From a virus (Duplodnaviria > Caudoviricetes): 64,000 nucleotides of DNA. A program made the translations under genes and the position numbers. Below, one piece after another: positions 17,948 to 26,533 of the stretch. Under the pieces are notes generated by a model. It was not told the DNA's origin and did not search any database. It saw nothing but the letters and a program-made list of their open reading frames with translations. The stretch spans positions 4,909 to 68,908 of IMG/VR virus record IMGVR_UViG_3300031867_000042; one strand, 5' to 3'. Within the stretch, counting starts at the first letter, position 1. Each line of letters opens with the position of its first letter.

Positions 17948-18943
17948 ATGACAATAGAAGAAAAAGCAAAAGCCTATGACGAGGCTATTGAAAGAGCCAA
18001 GTCTAAAATTAAGAACGATAAAGACCATGTTCTTTATGAAGATGATATTATAGAACTTTTCCCCGAACTCAAAGAGAGCGAAGACGAGAGAGTAAGGAAA
18101 GAACTGCTGGCAGTAGTCGGTGATCTTGTTCTACCAAATGAGCAGCAATCTCGTTTTATTGCTTGGCTTAAAAAGCAAGGCGAGCAGAAGCTTGCTTGGA
18201 GTGAAGATGATGAAAATCATGTTATAGACATTACACAGATTATTGCTTGTGCTATTAAACGCAATGTAGTAAGTCAAAAAACTGGAGAAATGGAAATTTC
18301 TTGGCTCAAATCTCTCAGACCTCAGAACAATGAGAAGCCACAAGGCAAGACTACACTCGAAGCAGCTAATGAGCCAGCCGATAAAATAGAACCAAGATTT
18401 AAGGTTGGTGACTGGGTTGTCGCTAATTATAGTGGCAAAATAGGTCAAGTGGTTGCTGTCAGTGAAGATGGTTATGGGTACCAACTTAATGATGGTCTTT
18501 GCTTTGGCGTCTCATGGTGCGATATATTTCATCTCTGGTGCATTAAGGATGCCAAGGATGGCGATGTACTTGCAAGTGATTGTAGTGTGTTTATTTTCCA
18601 GAAAGAGTATATTGCAGGAAAACCGACAGCTTACTGTGGCATAGTAGAAGGGAACTTTTGCCAAGGATCAGGTGGCTGTTGGACGAACGAACAATGCCAC
18701 CCAGCAACCAAAGAACAGTGGAACACTCTTCGGTTAAAAATGAAAGAAGCGGGCTATGAGTGGGATTCTGAGAAAAAAGAATTGAAGGAGATTACCGCTC
18801 CTAAGCCTGAAGTTGGTGATGGTGAAGAAGACGGCGAAGAGGCTGACGATAAGGCTGAAAATTGGAAATTGACTCTGGCTCGGCAACAGTTGAAGCATGG
18901 GGTACACATTTGGAAAACTCCTAAAAATAGAAAGTATGAATAA
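17948..18943 (+). CDS. Multi-module Bacteroidales phage protein
   Basis: EEKAKAYDEAIERAK, FPELKESEDER, AWSEDDE, PRFKVGDWVV and HLW.IKDAKDGDVL modules typical of gut Bacteroidota phage proteins. Confidence 0.75.
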   Translation: MTIEEKAKAYDEAIERAKSKIKNDKDHVLYEDDIIELFPELKESEDERVRKELLAVVGDLVLPNEQQSRFIAWLKKQGEQKLAWSEDDENHVIDITQIIACAIKRNVVSQKTGEMEISWLKSLRPQNNEKPQGKTTLEAANEPADKIEPRFKVGDWVVANYSGKIGQVVAVSEDGYGYQLNDGLCFGVSWCDIFHLWCIKDAKDGDVLASDCSVFIFQKEYIAGKPTAYCGIVEGNFCQGSGGCWTNEQCHPATKEQWNTLRLKMKEAGYEWDSEKKELKEITAPKPEVGDGEEDGEEADDKAENWKLTLARQQLKHGVHIWKTPKNRKYE

Positions 18944-19127
18944 ATCATTAGTTCTTGTAACACTTTCGTTCTGTATCGTTGGCTGTTACATTATGCTTAA
19001 TCTCTGCTGGGATAGTTTTAAACAAGGCGAATGGGAATTTTTTATATACTATTTCTTTTTGTGCGTATGGATTGTCCTTGGCATAATTGTACAAATAGTT
19101 ATACTTTTTGATATTAAAATTTTATGA
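18936..19127 (+). CDS. Small membrane protein
   Basis: Two hydrophobic segments. Confidence 0.55.
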   Translation: MNKSLVLVTLSFCIVGCYIMLNLCWDSFKQGEWEFFIYYFFLCVWIVLGIIVQIVILFDIKIL

Positions 19128-19357
19128 CAACAGATGAACTTTTAGAGAAACTTCCATCACATATAGATACTGAATGGCTAAACCTTCACAATGATGGAAA
19201 AAATTGGCTGGCATCTTACGGCATTATGGACGAATTTCTTTGCATGAATCCTAATGCCATAGAGCCTCCCTATGACAATGCTTTTGCCTATGGTAAAACA
19301 CCTAATGAAGCATTACAGGGATTGTACGATTGGTGTGTTAAACATAACATATTATAA
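19124..19357 (+). CDS. Hypothetical protein
   Basis: 77-aa ORF, ATGA coupling. Confidence 0.6.
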   Translation: MTTDELLEKLPSHIDTEWLNLHNDGKNWLASYGIMDEFLCMNPNAIEPPYDNAFAYGKTPNEALQGLYDWCVKHNIL

Positions 19358-19358
19358 T

Positions 19359-19769
19359 ATGACAGACGAGGATATAGCATTATTGACTAAAGATTTGTGT
19401 GCAAGATTGCCGTGGGGTGTTAAGGTTTTAACGCCAAATGACCCAGATGCGTACACTCTATTAGCCTTACATCCAAACAAGAATATTGCTGTGATAGGTT
19501 TTGAAATGGACGGAATGTATGTTACGTCTAAAGTAAAGATAGAGGATTGCAAGCCTCTACTCCGTCCGATGTCAGATATGACTGAGGAAGAGAAAGAAGA
19601 ATATCTAAACATTGACAACCGGTCATATTCTTGCCCAATGGACTATGCACATATTCCAGCTTCAGATAGAATAGATTGGCTCAATGCGCATTATCTTGAC
19701 TATCACGATTTGGCTGGAAAAGATTTGGCAAAAACCGTAACGAAAGAAAATAACCCTTATAGAGATTAA
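19359..19769 (+). CDS. Hypothetical phage protein
   Basis: LLTKDLCARLPWGVKV, KPLLRPMSDMTEEE and IDWLNAHYLDY motifs recalled from gut phage families. Confidence 0.7.
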   Translation: MTDEDIALLTKDLCARLPWGVKVLTPNDPDAYTLLALHPNKNIAVIGFEMDGMYVTSKVKIEDCKPLLRPMSDMTEEEKEEYLNIDNRSYSCPMDYAHIPASDRIDWLNAHYLDYHDLAGKDLAKTVTKENNPYRD

Positions 19770-19771
19770 AT

Positions 19772-20302
19772 ATGAAGAAAACGATTAAACCATTTGACCT
19801 TGAAGCCGCTAAAAATGGCGCACAGGTCGAGACAAGAAGCGGAAAGAAAGTTGAGATATTTAAGTGGGATGCACGCAGCAATTTTCCACTTAAAGGCATT
19901 TACGAGAATAACGAGGGGTACGAGTGTGCTGGCAGTTGGGCTTTAAACGGAGAATGGGGCAGCGACTCATCTTTAGACCTTGTAATTGTCGAGTACAAGG
20001 ACGAAGAAATCCCTGAACTCGGAGGAATAATGGCAAAACCAGAACTTGCAACAGGATTTCAGCACGAGACAAAAGCTAACTCAGACGATTACATTATCGA
20101 ACTGGTTGATTGCGACAACGGCATATTCTGCCATATTCACGATTTAAACCCTGACACTGAAGATGCTTATCTCGTTTATAAGCATGAAGAGCAAGAGCAA
20201 GAGTTTGGCAAGTTCCTGCTGGATTCTGTACGAGCTAAGATGGACGCGGACTCTTGCAACAAGGTGAGAATCGAAATGAAGATTTTTTCAGAAACTAAAT
20301 AA
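19772..20302 (+). CDS. Phage protein with KPFDLEAAKNG domain
   Basis: KPFDLEAAKNGAQVETRSGKKVEI. Confidence 0.7.
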   Translation: MKKTIKPFDLEAAKNGAQVETRSGKKVEIFKWDARSNFPLKGIYENNEGYECAGSWALNGEWGSDSSLDLVIVEYKDEEIPELGGIMAKPELATGFQHETKANSDDYIIELVDCDNGIFCHIHDLNPDTEDAYLVYKHEEQEQEFGKFLLDSVRAKMDADSCNKVRIEMKIFSETK

Positions 20303-20314
20303 TATTTAGTCAAT

Positions 20315-20506
20315 ATGAAGAATTTATTTAAAAAAATTGCTGATATGATAGATAAACAATTTTTTTTGCCTATCTTTACGCCTCTGGTACTTTTAGCATC
20401 AATATGCGCGTATTTTGAGGGCGGAATCATTCCATCAGCCATAATATTTTCAGTGGCGTGGGCGGTAGTCATTAGCGTTGTTCTTACAAACAAGGATATA
20501 AAATAA
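20315..20506 (+). CDS. Small membrane protein
   Basis: Two hydrophobic segments. Confidence 0.55.
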   Translation: MKNLFKKIADMIDKQFFLPIFTPLVLLASICAYFEGGIIPSAIIFSVAWAVVISVVLTNKDIK

Positions 20507-20512
20507 AACTAT

Positions 20513-20842
20513 ATGAAGGCAAGACATATTAAAAAGCTGAGAAAGGAGATAAGACATTATTATGTTGCTATACACGATAATTGTCAGTTTGGTTTTAAAC
20601 AGCCGTGTTCTCCCTCATTCATGAAACAATTAGGTTACATAATTTATGGACGCGATGAAGCAGACGCGATTGAACGATTTGCACATTTGTCTCATGGTTC
20701 TTGCTTCGGAGGAAGGTTCTGGGGAAGAGATATGACTTATGTACATGCAGAGTTTGCAATAATGCCAGCTGATGCTGGTAGTCCAGAGATTGTAACTTAC
20801 TGGAGGACAAGCTTGTTGCCTTTTATTAAAGAACCTTTTTAA
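20513..20842 (+). CDS. Hypothetical protein
   Basis: 109-aa ORF. Confidence 0.6.
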   Translation: MKARHIKKLRKEIRHYYVAIHDNCQFGFKQPCSPSFMKQLGYIIYGRDEADAIERFAHLSHGSCFGGRFWGRDMTYVHAEFAIMPADAGSPEIVTYWRTSLLPFIKEPF

Positions 20843-20874
20843 AGTGTTAAATCAAATTCAAATAATATTGTAAA

Positions 20875-21345
20875 ATGGAAGATTTAAAAACATTTGTTGG
20901 AGTAAAGATGATTCAGGCAAAGCCTATGAATTATCATCAGTTTCTTTCTGAGATTAAGAATGTTAACGAAGCAGTAGCTAAACATGAAGTCTACGGAGAA
21001 GACAAGGAAGGCTATCTTGTCGTATATCCAGATGGCTACAAGTCATGGTCTCCGAAAGACGTATTCGAGGCTGCTTATTTCGGTCTTGAGGCTGACAATG
21101 TAATTTCCAAGAATGACGTGGAAAACTTCATTGATGACGGTAAATTTACTCAGCTGTCAGACAAGTCTGCGGTAGTTACTTATACTGGAAAGACAGGCTT
21201 TGAGTATAATGCAGTTAGTTCATGCGTTGACCCAGCAAGATTCAGGGAGGAAATTGCAATGACGGTTACTAAGAACTCTGTTATGGATAGGGTCTGGGAG
21301 CATCTTGGTTTTGTTTTGCAGTGGGCTAAGAACGGGTTGAAGTAA
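20875..21345 (+). CDS. tad1: Tad1-family (Gp49/Sf6 gp66) immune-signal sponge fused to an N-terminal GY.V.Y.DGY.SWSP domain
   Basis: C-terminal SSCVDP..F.EEI.......DRVWEHLGFVLQWA matches the Tad1 signature; N-terminal VGVKMIQAKPM...GYLVVYPDGYKSWSPKDVFEAAY. Confidence 0.75.
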   Translation: MEDLKTFVGVKMIQAKPMNYHQFLSEIKNVNEAVAKHEVYGEDKEGYLVVYPDGYKSWSPKDVFEAAYFGLEADNVISKNDVENFIDDGKFTQLSDKSAVVTYTGKTGFEYNAVSSCVDPARFREEIAMTVTKNSVMDRVWEHLGFVLQWAKNGLK

Positions 21346-21494
21346 TGAAAGTGAAAGAATTTGTAACGGATAGGGAACTCAAAGACCTTATCCGTCTTGT
21401 ACTAAAATACCATGCGGAAAATCTCGCAGCAGATTTTCACACCGAGAGCGAGGAAGAATACATTTATCGTAAAATTAAAAATAATGAAGCATAA
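21345..21494 (+). CDS. Small hypothetical protein (49 aa)
   Basis: TAATG-coupled to upstream gene; translated by hand. Confidence 0.5.
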   Translation: MKVKEFVTDRELKDLIRLVLKYHAENLAADFHTESEEEYIYRKIKNNEA

Positions 21495-21798
21495 GTATTT
21501 TATTAAAGAAATAAAGGTTCTTAAAAAAGTCAATGCTTTGGATGAACCTTTGGAGTATCAGACATCATACGTTATTTGCCGGACCTCTGGATGGTTTTGG
21601 CTACCGTCGTTGTTTACTGAGTATTTGTGGGTTGCCAGCATATCAGAGGCAATAGGAAAGATACACGACAGTGAGAGAGTTGAAGTTGACTGGGTTCACT
21701 GGGTACCGGGAGAGCGATTTAGATACAAAGAGCAGGCGGAATACTTTTTAAGAAAAATGAAACATTTTCCAAATGATTTTTATATAAATGTAAAATAA
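21484..21798 (+). CDS. Hypothetical protein
   Basis: ORF 21412-21798; start at MKHKYF. Confidence 0.6.
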   Translation: MKHKYFIKEIKVLKKVNALDEPLEYQTSYVICRTSGWFWLPSLFTEYLWVASISEAIGKIHDSERVEVDWVHWVPGERFRYKEQAEYFLRKMKHFPNDFYINVK

Positions 21799-22085
21799 TG
21801 ATAGGAACATACAGAAAGAAGCCAGTAGTCATTCAGGCAGTACAATGGACTGGCGATAATCCGTGCGAAATTCAAGAATTTGCCGGTAATGCTGCAACAA
21901 TAACGACGCACGACCCAATAGATGATATGGGAGTATTTGTAGGACGCGACAGGGTTGAGCTTTCTATCAATACGTTAGAGGGTGAAATGAAAGCTGCAAT
22001 AGGTGACTATATCATTAAAGGAGTAAACGGCGAATTTTATCCTTGTAAGGAGGAAATCTTTAAGAAAACCTACGATTTAGCATAG
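21798..22085 (+). CDS. Widespread phage protein (RKKPVVIQAVQ...TLEG...GDYIIKG...GEFYPC), candidate nucleotide sponge
   Basis: Full family motif present; sponge function (Acb4-like) is recalled and inferred, not verified. Confidence 0.7.
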   Translation: MIGTYRKKPVVIQAVQWTGDNPCEIQEFAGNAATITTHDPIDDMGVFVGRDRVELSINTLEGEMKAAIGDYIIKGVNGEFYPCKEEIFKKTYDLA

Positions 22086-22105
22086 AACACTTAACAATGT
22101 AAACA

Positions 22106-22336
22106 ATGGAAGCATACAAAGAAAGATTCATTAAAGAGTTCTGGGAATTGCATGAGAGATTGACTAAGTTAGGTAACATGCTGGCTAAGTATGACAATGG
22201 AACTTTGGATTTTACTCCAGCCTGTCCTATCAACATGCTCAGAACACAGTATTACGCAATGGCGGCATATCATTCTGTATTGATAGAGCGCTCAAAAATC
22301 GAGGATATTAGTTTAACCTTGACTGTTAAGGAATGA
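22106..22336 (+). CDS. crAss001_48-like helical protein, candidate sponge
   Basis: YKERFIKEFWELHERLTKL...LRTQYYAMAAYHSVLIERSKIE pattern. Confidence 0.65.
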   Translation: MEAYKERFIKEFWELHERLTKLGNMLAKYDNGTLDFTPACPINMLRTQYYAMAAYHSVLIERSKIEDISLTLTVKE

Positions 22337-22734
22337 AACATCTAATAACTTTAATAGTGGGCTTGCTGTTTGCAAGCCTGCTATTCTCCTGCAAAACACA
22401 GAGAGAAATCGAAACGGTCTATGTCGATCGGTCCAGAGTGATACAAGACACCATCCTCAAGTGGAACATCGACACCGTTCTTGATAGTGTCGTTATAACC
22501 AAGACTGACACACTCACCATGTACGAGAAATACCGTACTCGCATCCAGCAGAAAACTGAATACAAAATAAAATACCAAACAGATACCGTTATTCGGACTG
22601 AATACAAGACTGTTACAAAGACAGAATATAAAAACAAGCCTCTCAAATGGTGGCAGCTGATGCTGATGACATTGGGAGTGTTTTTTATATTGCTTTTGAC
22701 ATGGGTAATATATAATTTCAAAGATTTAAAGTAG
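22333..22734 (+). CDS. Lipoprotein with C-terminal TM (spanin-like)
   Basis: Lipobox LLFS-C at residue 20; hydrophobic C-terminal segment WWQLMLMTLGVFFILLLTWVI. Confidence 0.6.
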   Translation: MKHLITLIVGLLFASLLFSCKTQREIETVYVDRSRVIQDTILKWNIDTVLDSVVITKTDTLTMYEKYRTRIQQKTEYKIKYQTDTVIRTEYKTVTKTEYKNKPLKWWQLMLMTLGVFFILLLTWVIYNFKDLK

Positions 22735-22759
22735 TTAATAATTTGTTTTTTTAATCACG

Positions 22760-22796
22760 GGATATGGGCGTTGTGATAACGCTTATATCCTTTTTT
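22760..22796 (+). terminator. Intrinsic terminator with GTGA loop
   Basis: GGATATGGGCGTT-GTGAT-AACGCTTATATCC followed by T6. Confidence 0.7.
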
Positions 22797-22883
22797 CAAA
22801 CTTATATAATAATTATAACTACTTGATAATGAAAAATATGATAATTTTTTCGGAAAAAATTGGAGTTTTTGCTTTATTTTTCA

Positions 22884-22891
22884 TACTTTTG
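22884..22891 (+). promoter_or_regulatory. Sigma-A -7 element
   Basis: TACTTTTG fits TAnnTTTG. Confidence 0.55.
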
Positions 22892-23004
22892 TGATAGCAG
22901 TTTAGTGGAAGCGGTGCATGTTTAATGCGGTCTGTGAAAAGACGGTAGCGCCGCTTTTATTTATGCCAATAACCTTAATAGCACATATTTAATACATAAC
23001 CATA

Positions 23005-23373
23005 ATGAAAAGACTTAATAAAACGAGGTTCAAAGAAATCAACTTGATTTGTGCCAACAAAGAAAACTTGTACACAAAGATAAATGATTTTATCGCTTCC
23101 AAACTGGAAGATGTAGCAAAACTTATCAGAAAAGGTGATTTGCATCTTACATCGGAAGAAATGATGGCTATGCACTATATGGCTAATATGGAAGTTCTTG
23201 ACCTTGAAAGCTCTTTAAGACATACTGGAATGAGTAAGACTGAATTTTATAATGCCATCGCGCATGGATATTTTCCGGCAGGGCACAAAATGGGACGCAG
23301 GCGAGACGCTTCCAGAACATTTTGGTTTAGACAAGAACTTAATGAAGGACTATGGAAATTGACACATAACTAA
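23005..23373 (+). CDS. Putative HTH (AlpA/excisionase-like) regulator
   Basis: LRHTGMSKTEFYNAIAHGYFPAG...FW..ELN. Confidence 0.6.
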   Translation: MKRLNKTRFKEINLICANKENLYTKINDFIASKLEDVAKLIRKGDLHLTSEEMMAMHYMANMEVLDLESSLRHTGMSKTEFYNAIAHGYFPAGHKMGRRRDASRTFWFRQELNEGLWKLTHN

Positions 23374-23451
23374 TATATAATTCAATAATTGTATACGCAA
23401 TATATGATTTTACGCATATATTGCGTATATTTGCAACAAATAACACACAAT

Positions 23452-23853
23452 ATGATAAATCAAAGACCAACAAGCGGAATAGCGACAGATGCCGCTCATT
23501 CCACAAAAAACAATCTGACAGAATACCAAGCGGTAGATGTAAGTACCAATCAAAGGCTGTTTTACCGTAGCATCGGTAATCAGACTGTCAATATAGGTGA
23601 GTTTCTTGCAGTTGTTCAAGCTGCCAAATACATCATCGAGAATGGGTATGAACCACGGCTGATATGGACCGATTCCCAGACGGCTATCAGCTGGTGGAAT
23701 AATAAACATACAGCCAGCGCAAAGAAAAACAACGAACTGATAAAGGCTGAGATATTTTTGAAGTGTTTCGCAGCTGATGTGGATACTATAGAAGTCAAGC
23801 ATTGGGATAACAGGGTATTCGGAGAAACACCAGCAGATTTTGGAAGAAAATAG
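23452..23853 (+). CDS. Ribonuclease HI-like protein
   Basis: IATDAAHS, NIGEFLAV, IWTDSQTA and ETPADFGRK; sigma-A element TATATTTG at 23426-23433. Confidence 0.85.
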   Translation: MINQRPTSGIATDAAHSTKNNLTEYQAVDVSTNQRLFYRSIGNQTVNIGEFLAVVQAAKYIIENGYEPRLIWTDSQTAISWWNNKHTASAKKNNELIKAEIFLKCFAADVDTIEVKHWDNRVFGETPADFGRK

Positions 23854-23890
23854 TCATTTGGCTTTTGTACAACTATTCTTAATAAAAAAT

Positions 23891-24574
23891 ATGTATACAG
23901 TTGTTTTAGAAAGAGAAAGCCATGCGTTCGGCGATTCTGTGGAAAGAGCGTTCGCTGTCAGCTTTCGTAATAAATACGCTGCTCTTCACAAGGCTTATGA
24001 CTTATTACAGCAGGAAGCAGACCATGTAGGAGTAGGAGCGGAAAGTATGAAAGATGTGCGCACCGTTCCAGAACATGAGATTGAATACTCCACAACAGAG
24101 ACAAGAACGGTTGTGGTCGAGCCTGCTCCAGAGCCAGAGCCAGAGGAAACTCCAGAAGAGCCAACCGATGAACCGACAGGTGAATCTACTGAAAATGGTA
24201 CAGAGAATGAGTCTGAACCAACAGGCGAATCGGAAAGCAATTCTGAAGAAAGCAATGAAGAGCCGATCACAGGAGAAGATACTTCAGAAGAACCGGTCGA
24301 TGAACCAACTGATGAACCAGTTGAAGAGCCGACAGAAATTGAAAAAGAGTATGTCTGGAATATTTTAGTCCGGGAATCTTTCACAGACACTGCTGGTTTT
24401 AAACTGAATCTGTTTGCGCATTGTGAAGACAATACCGAAGTTGTAGGTACGCATCGCATCACAGTGAGAGTTATCCCATCTGAAGATTGCATCGATACAT
24501 CTTACAATGCAGACAAGAGATATAATTTCGAGCATTACGATGAAAATCTTATTCGTATGCGAAGAAGATACTAA
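23891..24574 (+). CDS. Protein with acidic Pro/Glu-rich repeat linker
   Basis: EPAPEPEPEETPEEPTDEPTGES...EEPVDEPTDEPVEEP; start placed after CTATTCTT motif. Confidence 0.7.
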   Translation: MYTVVLERESHAFGDSVERAFAVSFRNKYAALHKAYDLLQQEADHVGVGAESMKDVRTVPEHEIEYSTTETRTVVVEPAPEPEPEETPEEPTDEPTGESTENGTENESEPTGESESNSEESNEEPITGEDTSEEPVDEPTDEPVEEPTEIEKEYVWNILVRESFTDTAGFKLNLFAHCEDNTEVVGTHRITVRVIPSEDCIDTSYNADKRYNFEHYDENLIRMRRRY

Positions 24575-24600
24575 GTGTTAAAAAAGCTTAAATATTTCAA

Positions 24601-24632
24601 TAGCGGCTCACATTACATGATATGAGCCGCTA
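24601..24632 (+). terminator. Hairpin
   Basis: TAGCGGCTCA/TGAGCCGCTA 10-bp stem. Confidence 0.55.
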
Positions 24633-24665
24633 TTATTTCCTGACAAACATTTAAAAATAACAGAT

Positions 24666-25295
24666 ATGAAAGTAAGCGTAACATTAGACACAACATGGAA
24701 GCGTGCTCTCAACGCAGCGCGCAGAACAATAGGCAAGCAGCCTTTGGACAAAGAACCATCAAGCGAGTGGAAACACCGCGTACTCATCGCAGAACATTCT
24801 CCAATTAAACTGGTTGAATATACAATATCCTTTACTGACTTGAGACAATGGGTAGGGGTGCATCTTCTTAGACACGGATACACCCTCCCATTTATCCATT
24901 CTCAGCGCGTGGACAGACGAAAGAATATTGAGGAAATGACTGAAAAGGTAATGTCTATTATCTCTGACGATATTAAATCAAGTCCCGACTTTAACAGACG
25001 CGACTATTTGTTTCAGGGAGAGCCTAATGATCAGGATTTCGTCGTTAACGCCCAGACCCTTATCAATATCAGCCGTAAAAGATTATGTTCCGCTGCCTCA
25101 AAGGAAACCAGAGAAGCATGGCAGGCTGTTAAAGCAGCAATAGCCGAGCAAGACCCTGAAATGGCTGATGTGATGGTCCGTAACTGTATTTACCGCGGAT
25201 TCTGTCCAGAGTTTACCGAGTGTGGCTATTGCAAGACCAAGGCTTTTCAGGAAGAGCTGGCAAAATATCGTAGCTTAAAATACGGTAAAAAATAA
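24666..25295 (+). CDS. thyX: FAD-dependent thymidylate synthase ThyX
   Basis: AEHSPI, VHLLRH...SQRVDR, N..LINISRKRLC and CIYRGFCPE motifs. Confidence 0.85.
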   Translation: MKVSVTLDTTWKRALNAARRTIGKQPLDKEPSSEWKHRVLIAEHSPIKLVEYTISFTDLRQWVGVHLLRHGYTLPFIHSQRVDRRKNIEEMTEKVMSIISDDIKSSPDFNRRDYLFQGEPNDQDFVVNAQTLINISRKRLCSAASKETREAWQAVKAAIAEQDPEMADVMVRNCIYRGFCPEFTECGYCKTKAFQEELAKYRSLKYGKK

Positions 25296-25440
25296 ATTTT
25301 TCGGCAACATGAGCACTATTCATTATAAAAATTTTGTTTTTGTAAATTGTATTGAGTAATTGTCATCTTTTTAACAATCTACAAGGGTGTAGATGGATGT
25401 ACTTTTTTTAGTTTTATGTTTTAATGATAAATAGTTAGGC

Positions 25441-25474
25441 AAAGAAAGGGACGCTGTGAAGCACCCCTTTCTTT
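25441..25474. terminator. Bidirectional terminator with GTGA loop
   Basis: AAAGAAAGGGACGCT-GTGA-AGCACCCCTTTCTTT between convergent genes. Confidence 0.7.
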
Positions 25475-25475
25475 T

Positions 25476-25967
25476 TTATTCTTTCATAGCCTTGAAATAC
25501 CTGAATGGCTTACCCCACTGACCGCCGTAATCGTCATCGGCAAAATAGAACAAATAAGCTTCCTCAAATATTTTTTCCTCCTCAACTCCGCTGTACTGGA
25601 CATCGTGCCAGAAGCTGTTAAAAGCATAGAGCTTATCTCCTTCAGTAGTGTCTGAAGGGAAACGTATTCCCTTAGCCTTGGCTGTTTCGTCGATTTGTTC
25701 CAGCGTCCAATGCTTGCCGTAATATTTTCTGCCGTCTGAACTCTTTGAGAACAAGCCGGCTACAACTTCTTCGGCAAAATCGATAGGGAAATGCCCTTTA
25801 TAAAGTATTCCGACATACTTGATAGTCATTTTGGAAACAAGCTCTGGATTGGTCTCTCCTACCTTTTCCATTACTTCATCCATAATAGCTACCGATTTCC
25901 ACATATCTTCTTCCGTAAGGTCGTACTCCTTCTGAGCAGCCTTAATCATATTTGTGAACTTTTTCAT
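25476..25967 (-). CDS. Conserved hypothetical protein (3rd gene of module)
   Basis: HF....A...V...GKHWT.EQ...D..YA.N..W.D pattern recalled from gut phages. Confidence 0.75.
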   Translation of the reverse strand: MKKFTNMIKAAQKEYDLTEEDMWKSVAIMDEVMEKVGETNPELVSKMTIKYVGILYKGHFPIDFAEEVVAGLFSKSSDGRKYYGKHWTLEQIDETAKAKGIRFPSDTTEGDKLYAFNSFWHDVQYSGVEEEKIFEEAYLFYFADDDYGGQWGKPFRYFKAMKE

Positions 25968-26454
25968 GGTTTATCTCCTTTATGAAATTTGTTAATAATG
26001 TACTGATGCTGTTCATAGACTGTTCCAGCTTATTGAATCTTGCATCTACCTCCGCGTCTTTCTTTGCAACAGGGTCCAAATCTGAAAGGAGTTTCTTACA
26101 GGTTTCAAGATTCTTCCGGTATAAGTCCGTATTCTCCAGAGCAGATTCCGCCTGTGATTTGATAATCGTAAGTTCACGGATGATACCTTCTCTGTCAGCC
26201 AGTATCGCGCCATCCGGTGTATTGGCTACTGATGAACTTTCCGGAAGGCTGTAAATTTTGGAACCGCCGTTAATTTCGATAGCCAAATCTATCACCTTGC
26301 TCTGAGGCAAAGGAACCCCTGCCTTAATGTTTGTAAGGCTTGGGAAATATGGAGTAGATATGCTGGTTACTTTGGATTGCGTTACGTTTACTCCATCCTT
26401 ATCGTTGGTAAGAATGAAGATGGGATAATTTTCTTTATATTCGTTAAACTTCAT
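25942..26454 (-). CDS. Conserved hypothetical protein with C-terminal coiled coil (2nd gene of module)
   Basis: 170-aa ORF; DPVAKKDAEVDARFNKLE. Confidence 0.75.
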   Translation of the reverse strand: MKFNEYKENYPIFILTNDKDGVNVTQSKVTSISTPYFPSLTNIKAGVPLPQSKVIDLAIEINGGSKIYSLPESSSVANTPDGAILADREGIIRELTIIKSQAESALENTDLYRKNLETCKKLLSDLDPVAKKDAEVDARFNKLEQSMNSISTLLTNFIKEINHEKVHKYD

Positions 26455-26533
26455 AGCTGAAAATTGAAAATTAAAAATAAAATGGGAAAAATAGGGGAAA
26501 TTCCCCTATAATTTCCCATTATTTCCCCTTCGC

